Part shown: positions 40,299 through 50,232 of the stretch, piece after piece
How the letters are laid out: every line of letters starts with the position of its first letter
Position numbering within the stretch: position 1 is the stretch's first letter
Assembly (NCBI GenBank): GCA_963842085.1
Contig: CAWJET010000001.1
Span: forward strand, 1,056,001-1,120,000
Length of the DNA stretch: 64,000 bases
Direction: 5' to 3'
Origin: an uncultured delta proteobacterium
GTDB taxonomy: Bacteria; Desulfobacterota; Binatia; Binatales; Binataceae
Made by a program: the position numbers and the translations under genes
The notes under the pieces: model-generated
What the model saw: the letters and a program-made list of their open reading frames with translations, nothing else
What the model was told of the DNA's origin: nothing
The model's database searches: none

Positions 40299-40401
40299 GG
40301 CTCGATTCCTCCCATTACAATTTCACTTAAAAGAGCAGCGACCCGAACCTTAAATAAGTCCGGGTCCGATGTACAGATTCTACGCCGCAGCGGGTCGCGA
40401 A

Positions 40402-40530
40402 TGCAGGGGGGAGAAATGGGAAATCACTTTATTGAATATGAAACCCGCGGTGGGTTTCAGCAGGGGTGACCCCTGCCCAAGGAAGTGTGAAACCCAAGGG
40501 TGGGTTTCACGTTAAATATAGTGTGTTCTC
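40402..40530. repeat. Two back-to-back inverted copies (3 and 4) of the dispersed hairpin repeat
   Basis: TGAAACCCGCGGTGGGTTTCA and TGAAACCCAAGGGTGGGTTTCA joined by CAGGGGTGACCCCTG. Confidence 0.8.
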
Positions 40531-40599
40531 TTCTCTCACTGGTTTTGACTCGGCTGATCCCCTTATAATGGTGCGATTCTTGGGTTTCATGGCGGTCTT

Positions 40600-41313
40600 A
40601 TGCTCCATCAGGTGAGCGGTGCAGGCGGGTTGGGGGTGGTGGAACTGGTGCTGGGTACCGGCCCGGTGGTGGCGGTCGTGTTGTGGCTGCTGGTGGCGTT
40701 TTCGGTCGGGAGCTGGGGGATAATCCTTTACAAGCTGATCCAGATTTCGCGGGCGCGGCGCCAGTCCGAACGCTTTATCGCGATCTTCTGGGAATCGAAA
40801 AACCTGGCCGCGATTCATACCGCGAGCGTCGGTCTCAAGCTGAGCCCGGTCGCGCAGGTTTTCCGCGCCGGCTACCAGGAGCTGCTGCAGCTCACGCGTG
40901 CCAAGCGGCAGGCGGTCGGCGCGGACAGCGGCTTCTCGACCGATCTTGGCGGAATCGCAAACGTGATGCGCGCGATGAAGCGCCAGGAAAACGTCGAGTT
41001 GACCAAGCTCGAATCGGGCATCACGTTTCTCGCGACCACCGGGTCGTCGTGCCCGTTTATCGGACTGTTCGGCACGGTGTGGGGCATCATGACGGCGTTC
41101 CTTGGGTTGTCGGCATCGCATACGTCGAGTATCCAGGCGGTCGCTCCCGGAATCGCAGAGGCGCTGATCACGACGGCGGTAGGCCTGGTCGCCGCGATAC
41201 CCGCGCAGATGTTTTACAATTACTTCATCGCGCGGGTGCGGGTGCTCGCGACCGAGATGGACAATTTCACGGCCGAATTTTTGAATATCGCCGAGCGTCA
41301 TTTCCTTTCGTAG
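40600..41313 (+). CDS. tolQ: TolQ
   Basis: PFIGLFGTVWGIM, VAPGIAEALITTA.GL..AIPA. Confidence 0.93.
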   Translation: MLHQVSGAGGLGVVELVLGTGPVVAVVLWLLVAFSVGSWGIILYKLIQISRARRQSERFIAIFWESKNLAAIHTASVGLKLSPVAQVFRAGYQELLQLTRAKRQAVGADSGFSTDLGGIANVMRAMKRQENVELTKLESGITFLATTGSSCPFIGLFGTVWGIMTAFLGLSASHTSSIQAVAPGIAEALITTAVGLVAAIPAQMFYNYFIARVRVLATEMDNFTAEFLNIAERHFLS

Positions 41314-41325
41314 GCGGCAGATCCG

Positions 41326-41754
41326 ATGGCATTCGATCCTGGGCAGCGCGGGCAGATGGTTTCGCAGATCAACGTGACGCCGCTGGTGGACGTGATGCTG
41401 GTGCTGCTGGTGATCTTCATGGTGACGGCCCCGATTATTCAGCAAGGCGTCGAGGTCACGCTGCCCAGCGTCAAGGCGGAGGCGCTGCCGGGCAAGGAAG
41501 AGCAGTTCGTCGTGTCGATCACGAAGGACAGCCAGATCTATCTCAACGATGCGAAGCTCTCGGCGAACGACCTGACCGGCAAGCTGAAGGCGATTGCGCA
41601 GGAGCGTCCCGACCGGGAGGTTTTTATCCGCGCCGACGACCAGGTGCCGTACGGCGAGGTGATCCGCACGATGGCGGCGATCAAGGCGGCCGGAATCGAA
41701 AACGTCGGAATGGTGACCGAGATGCCGGCAGGCGGTGGTGCCGACGCGAAGTGA
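41326..41754 (+). CDS. tolR: TolR
   Basis: INVTPLVDVMLVLLVIFMVTAP, IRAD..VPYG. Confidence 0.93.
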   Translation: MAFDPGQRGQMVSQINVTPLVDVMLVLLVIFMVTAPIIQQGVEVTLPSVKAEALPGKEEQFVVSITKDSQIYLNDAKLSANDLTGKLKAIAQERPDREVFIRADDQVPYGEVIRTMAAIKAAGIENVGMVTEMPAGGGADAK

Positions 41755-41757
41755 GCG

Positions 41758-42828
41758 TTGAGCGTGGCATCGCGGGACCATAACGGTGACGAGCAGCCGT
41801 CGCGGCTTGGATATTTCGCGGCGATTTTCGTCTCGGGGCTTGGGCATGCGGCGATTTTCGCGCTCGTGTTCTTTATCGCGCCGCGTTTTTTGCATCCCGA
41901 GGAAGCCGCGCCGCCTGCATACACGGTAAAGATCGTGGACAACCTTCCAGCGGGGGACCTCGGGACGCATCTGCCGCGGATTAATCGGCACGCGGCGGAT
42001 GAGGCCAAGGCCGCGGCGCCCAAGCCGGAAGAATCGAAGGTCAAGACCGAGCCGCCGAAAACCGAGCTCGCTCTCAACGACGACAAGAACGCGCTTAAAA
42101 TAAATGCGAAGGCGACGGACGCGCCGACCCCGACGCCCACGCCGGAGCCAACCGTCGAGGCCACTCCCGAGCCGACCATCGCGCCCACGGCCCCGCCGAC
42201 GCCGGAGCCCACAAAGGCACACGCGCTGCCAAAGCCGACGCCCGTCAAGGCGTCGCGCAATCGACCCAAGCCTGAATCGACGGTGGCGAAGGCCGCGATC
42301 GCGGCGACCCCGAGCGTCGCGCAGCGTCTGGCGAAGCTAAGGCGCCAGTTGCTCGCGGAGCACATCAAGGACCTGGCGAAGAACCCGCCGCCCGAAGATG
42401 AAGATGACGACGAGACGGACGCGTCCGACACGGAGACCAAGGGCCCGGCCGGCGGAGGACCGGTCGTCGCCAGTAACGCGAGCGAGGGCAAAGGCTACGG
42501 AGTCGGTCCGGGCACAGGCAGCATCGGGATTCTACAGGACCCGGAATTTCTGCTGTACTATAAGACTGTGCAGGAGCAGATAAAGAAGGCGTGGACGTTT
42601 ACCGGCGGCTCGAACGATCTGACGGCGACCGTGAATTTTGCGATTGGCCCGGACGGCACGCTGACCGCGTTGAAGATTGGCACGAGCTCGAACGACCCGG
42701 CGTTCGATGATTCGGTGGTTCGCGCGATTCGGCGGGCGGCGCCTTTTCCCGCGCCGCCGGAAAAGTTTCGCGACCAGTTTTCTTCCGGAATCAAAGCGGT
42801 GTTTCAGCTCGGCGAACTCAAGTCCTGA
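41758..42828 (+). CDS. tolA: TolA/TonB-like protein
   Basis: TM helix with S..GH, Pro/Thr-rich linker, C-terminal FDDSVVRAI..AAPFP; between tolR and tolB. Confidence 0.8.
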   Translation: MSVASRDHNGDEQPSRLGYFAAIFVSGLGHAAIFALVFFIAPRFLHPEEAAPPAYTVKIVDNLPAGDLGTHLPRINRHAADEAKAAAPKPEESKVKTEPPKTELALNDDKNALKINAKATDAPTPTPTPEPTVEATPEPTIAPTAPPTPEPTKAHALPKPTPVKASRNRPKPESTVAKAAIAATPSVAQRLAKLRRQLLAEHIKDLAKNPPPEDEDDDETDASDTETKGPAGGGPVVASNASEGKGYGVGPGTGSIGILQDPEFLLYYKTVQEQIKKAWTFTGGSNDLTATVNFAIGPDGTLTALKIGTSSNDPAFDDSVVRAIRRAAPFPAPPEKFRDQFSSGIKAVFQLGELKS

Positions 42829-42898
42829 GGGTGCGGTTACAGGAGGTGCGGATGAAGCAGGTGAATGAAGTTCGTTTCGACTCCGCGGCACGGAAAGT

Positions 42899-44245
42899 AT
42901 GAAGCGGCTATTTCACGCTTGCGCGATCCTGTGCGCGATCGCCTTCGCGCTGTCGCCGGGCCGGGCTGCCGCGCAGATTGCCGGCGGCGGGCCGATCACG
43001 ATCACGATCAAGGGACCAGGGTCGCAGCTCTCGACGATCGCCGTGTCGGGGTTGAAGGATCTCGGCGGCGACGACGACCATCGCCTGGGCAGCGCGTTTG
43101 TCGGCACGCTCAGGCGCGACCTCGAGCTTTCGGGCTACTTCAGAATTATCGATCCGCATGCGTATATCGAGGATCCGCAAACGTCGGGGTTCGAGCTGGG
43201 GCAGTTCAATTTCGCCGATTGGCGTTCGATCAACGCCGACTTTGTCGTCAAGGGATCGGTATCCGCCAGCGGCGCGGACGTGAAGCTGACTGCGTTTCTT
43301 TATGACGTCGCGCAACAGCGCCGGATGATGGGCAAGAATTTCACCGGTGACGCGGACGACGTGCCGCGGATGGCGCGCCGGTTCGCCGACGCGATCCTGC
43401 AAGCGGCGACCGGGCAGCGCGGGCCGTTCGATTCCAAGCTGGCGTTCGTCTCGACGCGCGGCGGGCGCTTCAAGGAAATCTACACGCAGTCGATCGACGG
43501 CCAGGACCTGTTCAAGTTGACAGACAATCCGACGATCAACCTGTTCCCCAGCTTCGACCGGAGCGCGCGCTACGTGCTGTACCTCTCGTTCAAGAGCATG
43601 GCGCCGGCGCTCTACCTGGCGGACCTCAAGACGCAGCGCGAAACAAAGCTCGACAGCCCGCATGAACGCGTGATCGGCGGAACGATCACGCCCGATGGCG
43701 AGCGCGTGGTCGCGGCGATCGAGCGTGACGGCATCACCAATTTGTTTCTGCTCACGCGCGACGGCGAAGAGCTTCGCCAGCTCACCGACACCAGCGGCAT
43801 CAACGTCAGCCCGGCGGTATCGGCGGACAGCGCGACGCTGGCGTTCACGTCAGATCGGTCGGGCACGCCGCAAATCTACGTGATGAGCCTTGGCGGCGGG
43901 GGCGGTGCGCCGAAGCGAATAACCTACAGCGGCGACTACAACACCACGCCGGCGTTCTCGCCCAAGGGCGACAAGCTTGCCTACCAGAGCCGCAACAACG
44001 GGCGTTTCGATATCTGGACGATCCCGGCCGCTGGGGGCGAGCCGACGCAGGTGACCGATGGCAACGGCTCCAACGAGTATCCGAGCTGGTCGCCCGACGG
44101 ACGCTATCTCGCGTTCAGCTCGACCCGCGGCCACAACTCGCAAATTTACATAGTGATGGTCGACAACCGGAAAATTATTTCCGCTTTGACGGAGGGTAAT
44201 GGTAATGATTCCTGTCCAGCATGGTCGGGGTGGTTGGGTGAGTAG
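42899..44245 (+). CDS. tolB: TolB
   Basis: Signal peptide, PD40-type repeats (FTSDRSGTPQIY, PSWSPDGR). Confidence 0.92.
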   Translation: MKRLFHACAILCAIAFALSPGRAAAQIAGGGPITITIKGPGSQLSTIAVSGLKDLGGDDDHRLGSAFVGTLRRDLELSGYFRIIDPHAYIEDPQTSGFELGQFNFADWRSINADFVVKGSVSASGADVKLTAFLYDVAQQRRMMGKNFTGDADDVPRMARRFADAILQAATGQRGPFDSKLAFVSTRGGRFKEIYTQSIDGQDLFKLTDNPTINLFPSFDRSARYVLYLSFKSMAPALYLADLKTQRETKLDSPHERVIGGTITPDGERVVAAIERDGITNLFLLTRDGEELRQLTDTSGINVSPAVSADSATLAFTSDRSGTPQIYVMSLGGGGGAPKRITYSGDYNTTPAFSPKGDKLAYQSRNNGRFDIWTIPAAGGEPTQVTDGNGSNEYPSWSPDGRYLAFSSTRGHNSQIYIVMVDNRKIISALTEGNGNDSCPAWSGWLGE

Positions 44246-44771
44246 TCGTTCGAGGATCGCCAGAATGGTTGCGATTGTGAGTGTGGGGTTGATGCTGACG
44301 ATGGCAGGATGCTCGTCGAAGAAGCCAGCGCCTATCAGCGGCGATAACACTCAGGGAAGTAACCTCGGTGAAGGAGGCACAGGCGCGGGCGGCGGCAACT
44401 CGCTCGAGGACTGGAAGACCGGACACTACGGTGCGCAAGGTCCGCTCAGCGATATTCATTTCGCGTACAACGAGTACACGATCCAGGACCAGGACGGCCC
44501 GGTGCTGAAGTCCAACGCGAGCTGGCTGCAAAAGTATCCGCAGACCAAGGTGCAGGTCGAGGGTCATTGCGATGAGCGCGGCTCCGAGGAGTACAATATG
44601 GCGCTGGGCGCCAAGCGGGCGCAGGCCGCGAAGGATTACCTGGTGACGCTTGGAATCAGCGGCAGCAGAATCTCGACCATCAGCTACGGCAAGGAACTGC
44701 CGCTTTGCACCGAGCACGACGAAAGCTGCTGGTCGCAGAACCGGCGCGATCACTTCGCAGTAAGCGAATAA
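44238..44771 (+). CDS. pal: Peptidoglycan-associated lipoprotein Pal
   Basis: Lipobox MAGC, EGHCDERGSEEYNMALG, SYGKE, NRR; start uncertain (44238 or 44265). Confidence 0.93.
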   Translation: MSSRSRIARMVAIVSVGLMLTMAGCSSKKPAPISGDNTQGSNLGEGGTGAGGGNSLEDWKTGHYGAQGPLSDIHFAYNEYTIQDQDGPVLKSNASWLQKYPQTKVQVEGHCDERGSEEYNMALGAKRAQAAKDYLVTLGISGSRISTISYGKELPLCTEHDESCWSQNRRDHFAVSE

Positions 44772-44783
44772 GGATTTAGAAGC

Positions 44784-45644
44784 GTGCGAAAAACGACCTG
44801 GACGATCGGCGCTGTCGCCGTGTTGGCGGCCTCATTCACGCTGGCCGGATGCGCCGATCAGAACGACATGCAGCAGCTCAATCAAAACCAGTTCACGCTG
44901 CGCGGGATGATCGCGAGCGACCGCCAGCAAATCGACTCGTTGAAGGTGCAGCTTCAGCGCCAGAACGATGAGATCGACGAACTCAAGCACGGCGCCGCTG
45001 GCGCGGGCGGCGACGCGTCGGGGATGAACGATCGAATCGCGAGCCTCGAAGCCGAAGTGAAGGCGCTGCAGGCCGGCATGGCAGCGACGCCCGGCGCGGT
45101 TCCACCGCCCGGCGCGCCGGCGGACAGCGTCGGGCCGGGCACCGGAGTGGCGTCGGCAGAGGCGCCGCCGGGAGGTCCTGCGCCGCCGCCCACGCCGGCC
45201 GAGATCGCGCCGACCTGGCCGGCCGAACTCGATCAGGAAATTGCCGACGCCAAGACCTCGGACGAGCCGGGCATCAAGATTTATCGCGAAGGACTCGACG
45301 CGATGAAGGCGGCCAAATATCCGCTTGCGGTTGCCAGGTTCACCAAGCTGCAGCATGCCTACCCGAAATCGCCGCTGAGCGAGCCGGCCGAATACTTCGC
45401 CGCCAACGCGTTGTTCGAAACCGGCGGATACGACCAGGCGATTTTGCAGTTCAACGATCTCGTGATGCGCTTTCCCAAGGGCAAATATGCGAGCGCCGCC
45501 CTGCTGCGCGAGGCGCAGGCGTTCGTGAAGCTCAACGATCGAATCGACGCACGCCTGACGCTGCAGAAGCTGGTCGCCGATCACGCGGGGACTCCGCAAG
45601 CGGCAAATGCGGACACGATGATGAAAGATCTCGCGAGCGATTAA
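44784..45644 (+). CDS. cpoB: Tol-Pal protein CpoB/YbgF
   Basis: Lipobox LAGC, coiled coil, C-terminal TPRs; follows pal. Confidence 0.85.
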   Translation: MRKTTWTIGAVAVLAASFTLAGCADQNDMQQLNQNQFTLRGMIASDRQQIDSLKVQLQRQNDEIDELKHGAAGAGGDASGMNDRIASLEAEVKALQAGMAATPGAVPPPGAPADSVGPGTGVASAEAPPGGPAPPPTPAEIAPTWPAELDQEIADAKTSDEPGIKIYREGLDAMKAAKYPLAVARFTKLQHAYPKSPLSEPAEYFAANALFETGGYDQAILQFNDLVMRFPKGKYASAALLREAQAFVKLNDRIDARLTLQKLVADHAGTPQAANADTMMKDLASD

Positions 45645-45668
45645 AGCAGCGCCCTTGCGCACGATTGA

Positions 45669-46592
45669 ATGGAAATAATTCGCGACCTGGCAGCGCTTGC
45701 GCGCCATCCCTACCCGGTCACCGCGATCGGCAATTTCGATGGCGTCCACCTCGGCCATCGCGCGATTCTGAAGGCGGCGATCGATCGTGCTCGCGCGGCC
45801 GGGGGCACCGCGTTTGCGCTCACCTTCGATCCGCTGCCCGCCAAGCTGCTGGTTCCGGCGCGCGCTCCGCGGTTGATCCTGAGGCCGGATGACAAGCTCG
45901 AACTGCTGCGGCTGTCGGGCATCGACGGCGTGATCGTGCTCAACTTCACGCTCGAGCTCAGCATGCTGTCGCCGCGCGATTTCGTAAGCAGCTACCTGCG
46001 CGGAAAAATCGGCGTGCGCGAGGTGGTCGTCGGGCACAGCGTCAGCTTCGGGCACAATCGCGCGGGCAACGCGGCCGTGATGGTCGAACTCGGACGCGAA
46101 CTGGGCTTCGACACGACGGTGGTGGGGCCGGTGAAAATCGGCGGCATCGAAGTCAGTTCAACCAAGGTGCGCGAGGCGATTGCGGGCGCCGACCTGCGCG
46201 GCGCGGCCAGGCTGCTCGGCCGTTACCACTTTCTGAGCGGCCCGGTCGTCCGCGGACGCGAGCGCGGACGGACGATAGGATTTCCGACCGCGAATCTCGC
46301 CTGCGAAACGGAATGCGTCCCGCCCGACGGCGTGTACGCGACCCGCGTCATCCTCGACGACGGCGCCTACCCGTCAATTACCAACGTCGGGATGCGGCCG
46401 ACATTTTCGGAGAGCGCGCGATCGATCGAGGCGCACATCTTCGACTTCACCCGCGACATTTACGGGAATCGAATCAAGCTGGAGCTGATCGAACGAATCC
46501 GGCCCGAGCGCAAGTTCGACAGTGCCGACGCGCTCAAGGCGCAGATCGCGCTCGATATCATCAAGGCGCGCGAAATTCTCTCTGCCGCCTGA
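45669..46592 (+). CDS. ribF: Riboflavin kinase/FAD synthetase
   Basis: GNFDGVHLGH, VSSTKVR, GFPTAN, NVGMRPT, IEAH. Confidence 0.96.
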   Translation: MEIIRDLAALARHPYPVTAIGNFDGVHLGHRAILKAAIDRARAAGGTAFALTFDPLPAKLLVPARAPRLILRPDDKLELLRLSGIDGVIVLNFTLELSMLSPRDFVSSYLRGKIGVREVVVGHSVSFGHNRAGNAAVMVELGRELGFDTTVVGPVKIGGIEVSSTKVREAIAGADLRGAARLLGRYHFLSGPVVRGRERGRTIGFPTANLACETECVPPDGVYATRVILDDGAYPSITNVGMRPTFSESARSIEAHIFDFTRDIYGNRIKLELIERIRPERKFDSADALKAQIALDIIKAREILSAA

Positions 46593-46595
46593 GGC

Positions 46596-47480
46596 TTAGC
46601 GGATTCTCGCGGCCGGCTCGACCCAGTCATGCGCGAGCCGCTCGACCCATCGCGGAATCTCCGACTCATCGTCGGGCGGACTCGTGAGTATCACCAGTTC
46701 GTTGACGCCGGCCGCGCCGTACTTCTTCAAATCGTCGGAAATGATCTTTCTGGTATACGGACACACGATGATTTCCACTTCGCTCGCGCCGCGGCCGTTG
46801 GCTTTCAGCATCGCGCGCAGCTTGTCCGCCAGCGGCGCGGCGTGATCGGGTCCAACGTTGAAGCCGAACCATCCGACCCCGATGTCCGCCGTGCGCTTCA
46901 ATGCGGGCGCGCTCTCTCCGCCGAAGATTATCGGCAGCTTGGCGCCGCGCACCGGCTTCGGAAAACTCTTCGCCGCGTCGAGATTCACGAACTCGCCGTG
47001 AAAGGTCGCCGCATCGCCGGACCACAGCCGGCGCATCACTTCGATGTATTCGCGCGTCCGCTGCGCACGCCGCTCGAACGGAATTCCGAGCGCGGCAAAT
47101 TCTTCCGCCGACCATCCGATTCCCACGCCCAGCGCGAATCTTCCGCCCGAGAGCCGGTCGAGGCTCGCGACTTCCTTGGCCAGCACGACCGGGTTGTGCT
47201 CCGGCACCAGGCAAATCCCCGTCGCCAGCCGAATCGTTTTGGTAACCGCAGCTGCAAACGTCAGCGTGATGAACGGATCCAGCCAGTCAGCGTCACCCGG
47301 CAGGGGGAACTCGCCGCTCTCGGCGTACGGATACTTCGACTCCTGACGGTCGAAGAGCACGACGTGCTCTCCCACCCACAGTGTCGAGACTCCACGGCGC
47401 TCGGCCTCTTCGGCGGTCTTCGCAATTGCGCCGGGACGCGCGCCCGGGCCGATTCCCAGTGCGAACAGGCCGACTTTCAT
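46596..47480 (-). CDS. LLM-class (F420-type) oxidoreductase
   Basis: WVGEH, LDPF, LAKEVASLDRLSGGR, GIGW..EEF. Confidence 0.88.
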   Translation of the reverse strand: MKVGLFALGIGPGARPGAIAKTAEEAERRGVSTLWVGEHVVLFDRQESKYPYAESGEFPLPGDADWLDPFITLTFAAAVTKTIRLATGICLVPEHNPVVLAKEVASLDRLSGGRFALGVGIGWSAEEFAALGIPFERRAQRTREYIEVMRRLWSGDAATFHGEFVNLDAAKSFPKPVRGAKLPIIFGGESAPALKRTADIGVGWFGFNVGPDHAAPLADKLRAMLKANGRGASEVEIIVCPYTRKIISDDLKKYGAAGVNELVILTSPPDDESEIPRWVERLAHDWVEPAARIR

Positions 47481-48349
47481 TGGCCCGCACCCGAACCGTT
47501 CTCACCCGCCGCGACCGCCGGCGTCTTGGTGAACTTGAGCATGAAGCGATCGGTCTGGCCGCGATGCTTGAACACGAGCCAGGTGCGATCGTCTTCAGGA
47601 TGACGCAGCGCGCTCGACGCTCCGGACAGCTTGAAGCCGGCCTTCTCGACGTCCTTGATCAGAAAATCCTCGTCGATTCGATGAAGCGTCGCGGTGGCGC
47701 TGGCGCCGGTGCCCGGCTTGGCGCTGTGATCGACGATCCCGTAAATCCCGCCGGGCTTGAGCGCCTTGAAGACCGCGGCGTTCACATTTTCGCGATCGAG
47801 TTTGAAGCCGACCAGGTCGTGGTAGTTGAGATGGATGATGACGGCGTCGAGCGAATCGGGCGGCACCGGCAGCAGGTCAGGCGCGTCGAAGGGTTTGCTG
47901 ACCTTGACGACGTTCTTGAGCGCAGGCTCCTTGAGCCGCTCGTTCCACGTATCTTCGATTTTCTTGAACTGCGCGGGGAATGGACCGTTCTGCGAGTAAA
48001 CCGTGCCGGTCGGTCCGACGATTCGCGCAAACAGCTCCGTCATGTAACCGCCGCCGGCGAAGATATCGGCGACTTTCATGCCGGGCTTGATTCCGTAGAA
48101 CGCCAGTATCTGGTCGGGCCTGCGTCCCGCGTCGAGCGCCTTGTCGGCGGCGGGCCGCTCGGGCGAGTTGATGGCGTCGGTGATGTCCGCGGGAATCTGC
48201 GCCGCGGGAATCGGTGCGGTTTCAGCCACGCTCGCCGAGACGGGCGCAATCTGTGCGCGCGCCGGCGATGAGATCCACGCAACTCCGGCGAATGCGACAA
48301 GAGTCGAGAAGAGCAGCCGGCAGGTTGCAACCCGCATTCGAGCAGTCAT
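47477..48349 (-). CDS. Exported class I SAM-dependent methyltransferase
   Basis: Signal peptide, D..RRP, DIFAGGGY, ALKPGG...IVDH, LHRI. Confidence 0.82.
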   Translation of the reverse strand: MTARMRVATCRLLFSTLVAFAGVAWISSPARAQIAPVSASVAETAPIPAAQIPADITDAINSPERPAADKALDAGRRPDQILAFYGIKPGMKVADIFAGGGYMTELFARIVGPTGTVYSQNGPFPAQFKKIEDTWNERLKEPALKNVVKVSKPFDAPDLLPVPPDSLDAVIIHLNYHDLVGFKLDRENVNAAVFKALKPGGIYGIVDHSAKPGTGASATATLHRIDEDFLIKDVEKAGFKLSGASSALRHPEDDRTWLVFKHRGQTDRFMLKFTKTPAVAAGENGSGAGQ

Positions 48350-48494
48350 TTCGATTCTCCGCGTGAGGTCAAACTATTCGCCACAAACCGACAGGTAACA
48401 CACCGATCGCAAAACGGGCAACGCGATTTCTCGCGCGTCTTTTGGTTGCAGCGGTAACCCCGGGGGTCGCCCGTGCTGAAAGCCATCGCCCGTT

Positions 48495-50204
48495 TCACAT
48501 TAAAGAAAGTGTTTTGTTCTCACTGGACGCAGCGGAAGCGGGCAGCGTCACGTCGGCGTGCGCCCACGCTTTCTTGAGTCGCGCATCGACGCTCACCGCC
48601 TCATCCGACGCATGGCGGGCGCGAAGGCAGATTGAGAGTCCATTGAGCGACCATCCATTTTCGGGGTACTGCTTCAGGTCCTCGCGAAAGACTTGCTCCG
48701 CATCTGCCATCTTGCCGTCGGCCAGCAGTTCCATCCCCAGCGTTTCGCGCACGGGATAATACCAGGACGGCGGCTCTTCGTAGTTGAGCGCGTCCTGCAT
48801 CGCAACGGCTTCTTTCAGATGTTTGATCGCGTCGTCATGGTGCCCCTGGGCGGAATCGATCTCGCCGGCGAGCGTCGCCGAGCCCATCGCGAGCAATCGA
48901 TTGGCCGAATTGAATCCCACCACGCGCTCGGGCGGCGTTGCCGCGACGATCTCATCGAGTTTCTTCTTTTCATTCAGCGCATCGCCGGGACGATTCTTCG
49001 CCGCCAACGCAAGTCCGCGCGCGTAGTGCCAGACCGCCGTCGTGTAGGTCAGGTCCGCGGGCGGCGCCGGCTCCTTGAGGATCGCGTCCCATTTGCCGAA
49101 GCGCGCTTCGGTGAAATATCGCGTCGGCAACATGAATTCCGCCATCGGCATCTGGCGCACCATCTCGAGCGGCACGGCGTCGTCGAGTTCGCGCGACGCC
49201 TTGAATGCGCCGCGGCTGTAGCCTTCCATCATGTACGAGAACCACAGGAATTGAATGTTGTGCGGGACGTACATCATCGGATAAATGCCCTTGGGGTTGC
49301 GCTCGCGAAGATAAACCTTGTCCGCCTTGATCGCTTGCAGGTTGGCGGCGGCGGACGCGTCGTAGTCGCCGATGCGAAAGTAGATGTGCGCCGGCATATG
49401 CACCAGATGGCCGGCGGCGGGCGCGAGCTTGGGGAGCCGTCGAGCGCTGGCGAGAGCGCGTCCCGGGTCGGGCGACGCTTCTATCGCGTGGATATAATAG
49501 TGATTGGCGCCGATGTGGTCCGGATACTTTGCCATGACCCCTTCGAGCGTCGCGACAATCTCGTCGGTGCCGGCAACGGGCTTGCCGTCGAGCGTCCAGA
49601 GTGCCCAGGGGTGCAAATCCATCATCGATTCCGCGAACAGCGCACCGGCGTCAGGATCGATGGGATTGCGGCGCGCGACCTCCCGCATCGCGTTCGCATA
49701 AGCGCCCTGAAGAGCCTCCTTCATCTTGCCGTCGGGCGCGTAACGTCGGGCGAGTGCGTCGATATAGTCGCGCTCAGGCTTGCTTGCGTTCGCTTCGAGC
49801 GACTGCGCCTTGGCGATGGCCGCGTAAGCCAGTTTGCCGCGATCGGTGTCTTCCGGCAAATTGATATTTGGTCCGAGCGAAAGCGCGATTCCCCAATAAG
49901 CCATCGCCATGCCGGGGTCGAGGTGCGCGGCCTCCTCGAACGAGCCGGCCGCCTCGTCGTGATTGAAGGCGTAAACGAAGGTCAGCCCCTGATCGAAGAA
50001 TCGTTGCGCGAGCTTGGAATTGCTCGTGACGGGGTGATGCAGATCGCCAAGGCCATCGAAGATCGGTTCGTGCGCCGACTCGATCGCCGCTTGCAACTCG
50101 CTTGCGGCGGACGACGGCGATTCGGCCGGCTCGGCGCGCCCGGAATCCGCGAGTGCGAGGCAAAGCAGCATCGTCATGGCGGAGAAAAGAATGCGTCGAT
50201 TCAT
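48495..50204 (-). CDS. Secreted TPR-containing conserved protein
   Basis: Signal peptide, FDQGL...FNHDEA, HYYIHAIE, GHLVHMPAH, YEEPP.WYYP. Confidence 0.8.
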   Translation of the reverse strand: MNRRILFSAMTMLLCLALADSGRAEPAESPSSAASELQAAIESAHEPIFDGLGDLHHPVTSNSKLAQRFFDQGLTFVYAFNHDEAAGSFEEAAHLDPGMAMAYWGIALSLGPNINLPEDTDRGKLAYAAIAKAQSLEANASKPERDYIDALARRYAPDGKMKEALQGAYANAMREVARRNPIDPDAGALFAESMMDLHPWALWTLDGKPVAGTDEIVATLEGVMAKYPDHIGANHYYIHAIEASPDPGRALASARRLPKLAPAAGHLVHMPAHIYFRIGDYDASAAANLQAIKADKVYLRERNPKGIYPMMYVPHNIQFLWFSYMMEGYSRGAFKASRELDDAVPLEMVRQMPMAEFMLPTRYFTEARFGKWDAILKEPAPPADLTYTTAVWHYARGLALAAKNRPGDALNEKKKLDEIVAATPPERVVGFNSANRLLAMGSATLAGEIDSAQGHHDDAIKHLKEAVAMQDALNYEEPPSWYYPVRETLGMELLADGKMADAEQVFREDLKQYPENGWSLNGLSICLRARHASDEAVSVDARLKKAWAHADVTLPASAASSENKTLSLM

Positions 50205-50232
50205 CGCGCTTTCAATCGTAGGGAAGCGAGCG

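Noticed and set aside
40545-40569. TTGACT...TATAAT promoter for tolQ
   Set aside because: Spacing is only 13 nt, so not reported as a canonical promoter.
42110-42250. Short CCGACG/CCGGAG repeats
   Set aside because: They encode the Pro/Thr/Glu linker of TolA.
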